DNA of 64,000 nucleotides from Mytilus trossulus (Eukaryota): NCBI RefSeq assembly GCF_036588685.1, contig NC_086384.1, positions 33,542,001 to 33,606,000 of the forward strand, read 5' to 3'. Shown piece by piece: positions 62,491 to 64,000 of this stretch (position 1 is its first letter; each line of letters starts with the position of its first letter). The notes under the pieces were generated by a model. It saw only the letters and a program-made list of their open reading frames with translations, ran no database searches and was not told where the DNA came from. The position numbers and the translations under genes were made by a program.

Positions 62491-64000
62491 TAACAATTTA
62501 CGTTTACCCCTTATTATGAATAAAACCTTAATTTGAGAACAACCAAAAATGTTGTTAGAAATAGAGTAGTAGTAAACAAATTGTGTATGCTGTCAATAAG
62601 AAAAATATCTACCTGATTGTGTCTGATTCCGGGAAAACAAAACAAATCTTTAATCATGGCAGCTACCAACTTACGGCAAACGGGAAATAATGTTTGCAAA
62701 TATAAACTTTAAGGCATTTGCCAATTTATCTATGTTTATCATTTAAAACAAAACATGCTCACAAAATATTGGCTGATAATATAAATTAGTATTATTACTA
62801 TTAAACGGGCTTGTGTTACAACGGTATCAAAGGGGGTCATCAAACATCGCTGATCAATTGAATTTACATACGAATGTAAACAAACATTAATAATTTTTTC
62901 TAGCCTCTTGATGTAAAATAACCGACATTTATTTCATTCATCAATGTAGAATAAATAGAAACGATAACAATGTTAAATAAACGTCAAGAAAATATTTGAG
63001 ACTAATATAATAAGTAGGTTTTCTTTTAAAACTGAAATTGGTTCTTGTTTGAAACATATTCTAGGAAGATAAACCTTATTAGTTAAATTATTTATCAAAT
63101 ATACAATGATAATATAAAAATGAAAAGATATTCTTAACTTAAAAACTCACCAACAAATTCTGCGAGGAAACGGGTGTACTGTTAAACGAAAAGTGTAAAA
63201 GAATATATAAAATATATACATGTACGTGTATCTATATAATATATTAAGTAAACAAACACTCTAAATTGTTACTTTTTGTCGTCAATAGGATGTGGTAGAC
63301 AATTACCGGGGCTCTGTGTACACGTTTTTTTTTATCTTAAACAAGCAAACGAAAATCCTATTAAACCAGCCGGATCTATCACTTTTAATAGACAAATGAT
63401 TGGTTTTTCTTCTTTAGATGATAAATTAATTTGCGCATTCTTATTTTGGAATATATATGATAAATGTGATAATATTTATTTTTCCTTCCGCGCAGCAATA
63501 ATCTTTTCATTTGGTCAACCGGTTTGATGTTTTAAAAACGCATATTTCTGTAACAAAGCGAACATTTCCTACGTTTCCGAATGTAGTATACACAATTATC
63601 CATATGTGAATTCATGTTTATGTTAAACTTACGAATAAGAAACTTTTGTTTTGTATTTCAGAGTTTCCATGTACAAAAAGGCATCATTGTTGGAAGATAG
63701 GGAGTCATTATAAAAATCGTGTACTTGTTTGTAAATTTGTAACCCGGCGAGACATTTTTTTTTTTTTAACTAGAAGACAACATAATGAAATGTCATGTAT
63801 GTTTGACGTACATTGTACATTGAGGTTGTGGAAAAGGAAATCACAAATCCACAAACTTTCAAATAGGAGAAATTTTTGGAACAAAACATCTGCCACAAAC
63901 ATTATTTTTCATCTTCCTCTTTACATGCTAAAACAAATTCAATGAAAGGTTTAATTATAAACTGGCTTCCATAGCTTCACAAAACACATCCCAAATTTAT

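Noticed and set aside
260-63945. Most 60-110-aa ORFs in the track
   Set aside because: They are low-complexity, overlap repeats or the antisense strand of real genes, often start at TTG/GTG, and have no domain features.

Overview
AT-rich eukaryotic genomic DNA. The repeat repertoire points to a bivalve, most likely Mytilus (inference). Genes: (1) a six-exon secreted PAN/apple + EGF-repeat gene (4751-12608, +) that the ORF track mostly misses; (2) three intronless, paralogous class A GPCR genes (18162, 23291, 58869; all +); (3) an intronless, membrane-anchored FkbM-family SAM methyltransferase (34792-35865, -); (4) a small spliced gene on the - strand (last exon 60698-61029) whose product carries an S-x-D-x3-H...K...GS motif set resembling bacterial polymorphic-toxin RNase domains (Ntox21/CdiA-CT type). 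Gene 4 is the most unexpected item. The rest is dense in mobile DNA: five copies of a ~360-bp repeat with a minimal type I hammerhead ribozyme (retrozyme-like), Penelope-like RT relics and many related 3'-end repeats, two decayed LINEs, TA- and TTAA-flanked MITEs, tRNA-derived SINEs, foldback elements, local tandem duplications, and a 134-N assembly gap. All calls were made by eye, and repeat boundaries are approximate.
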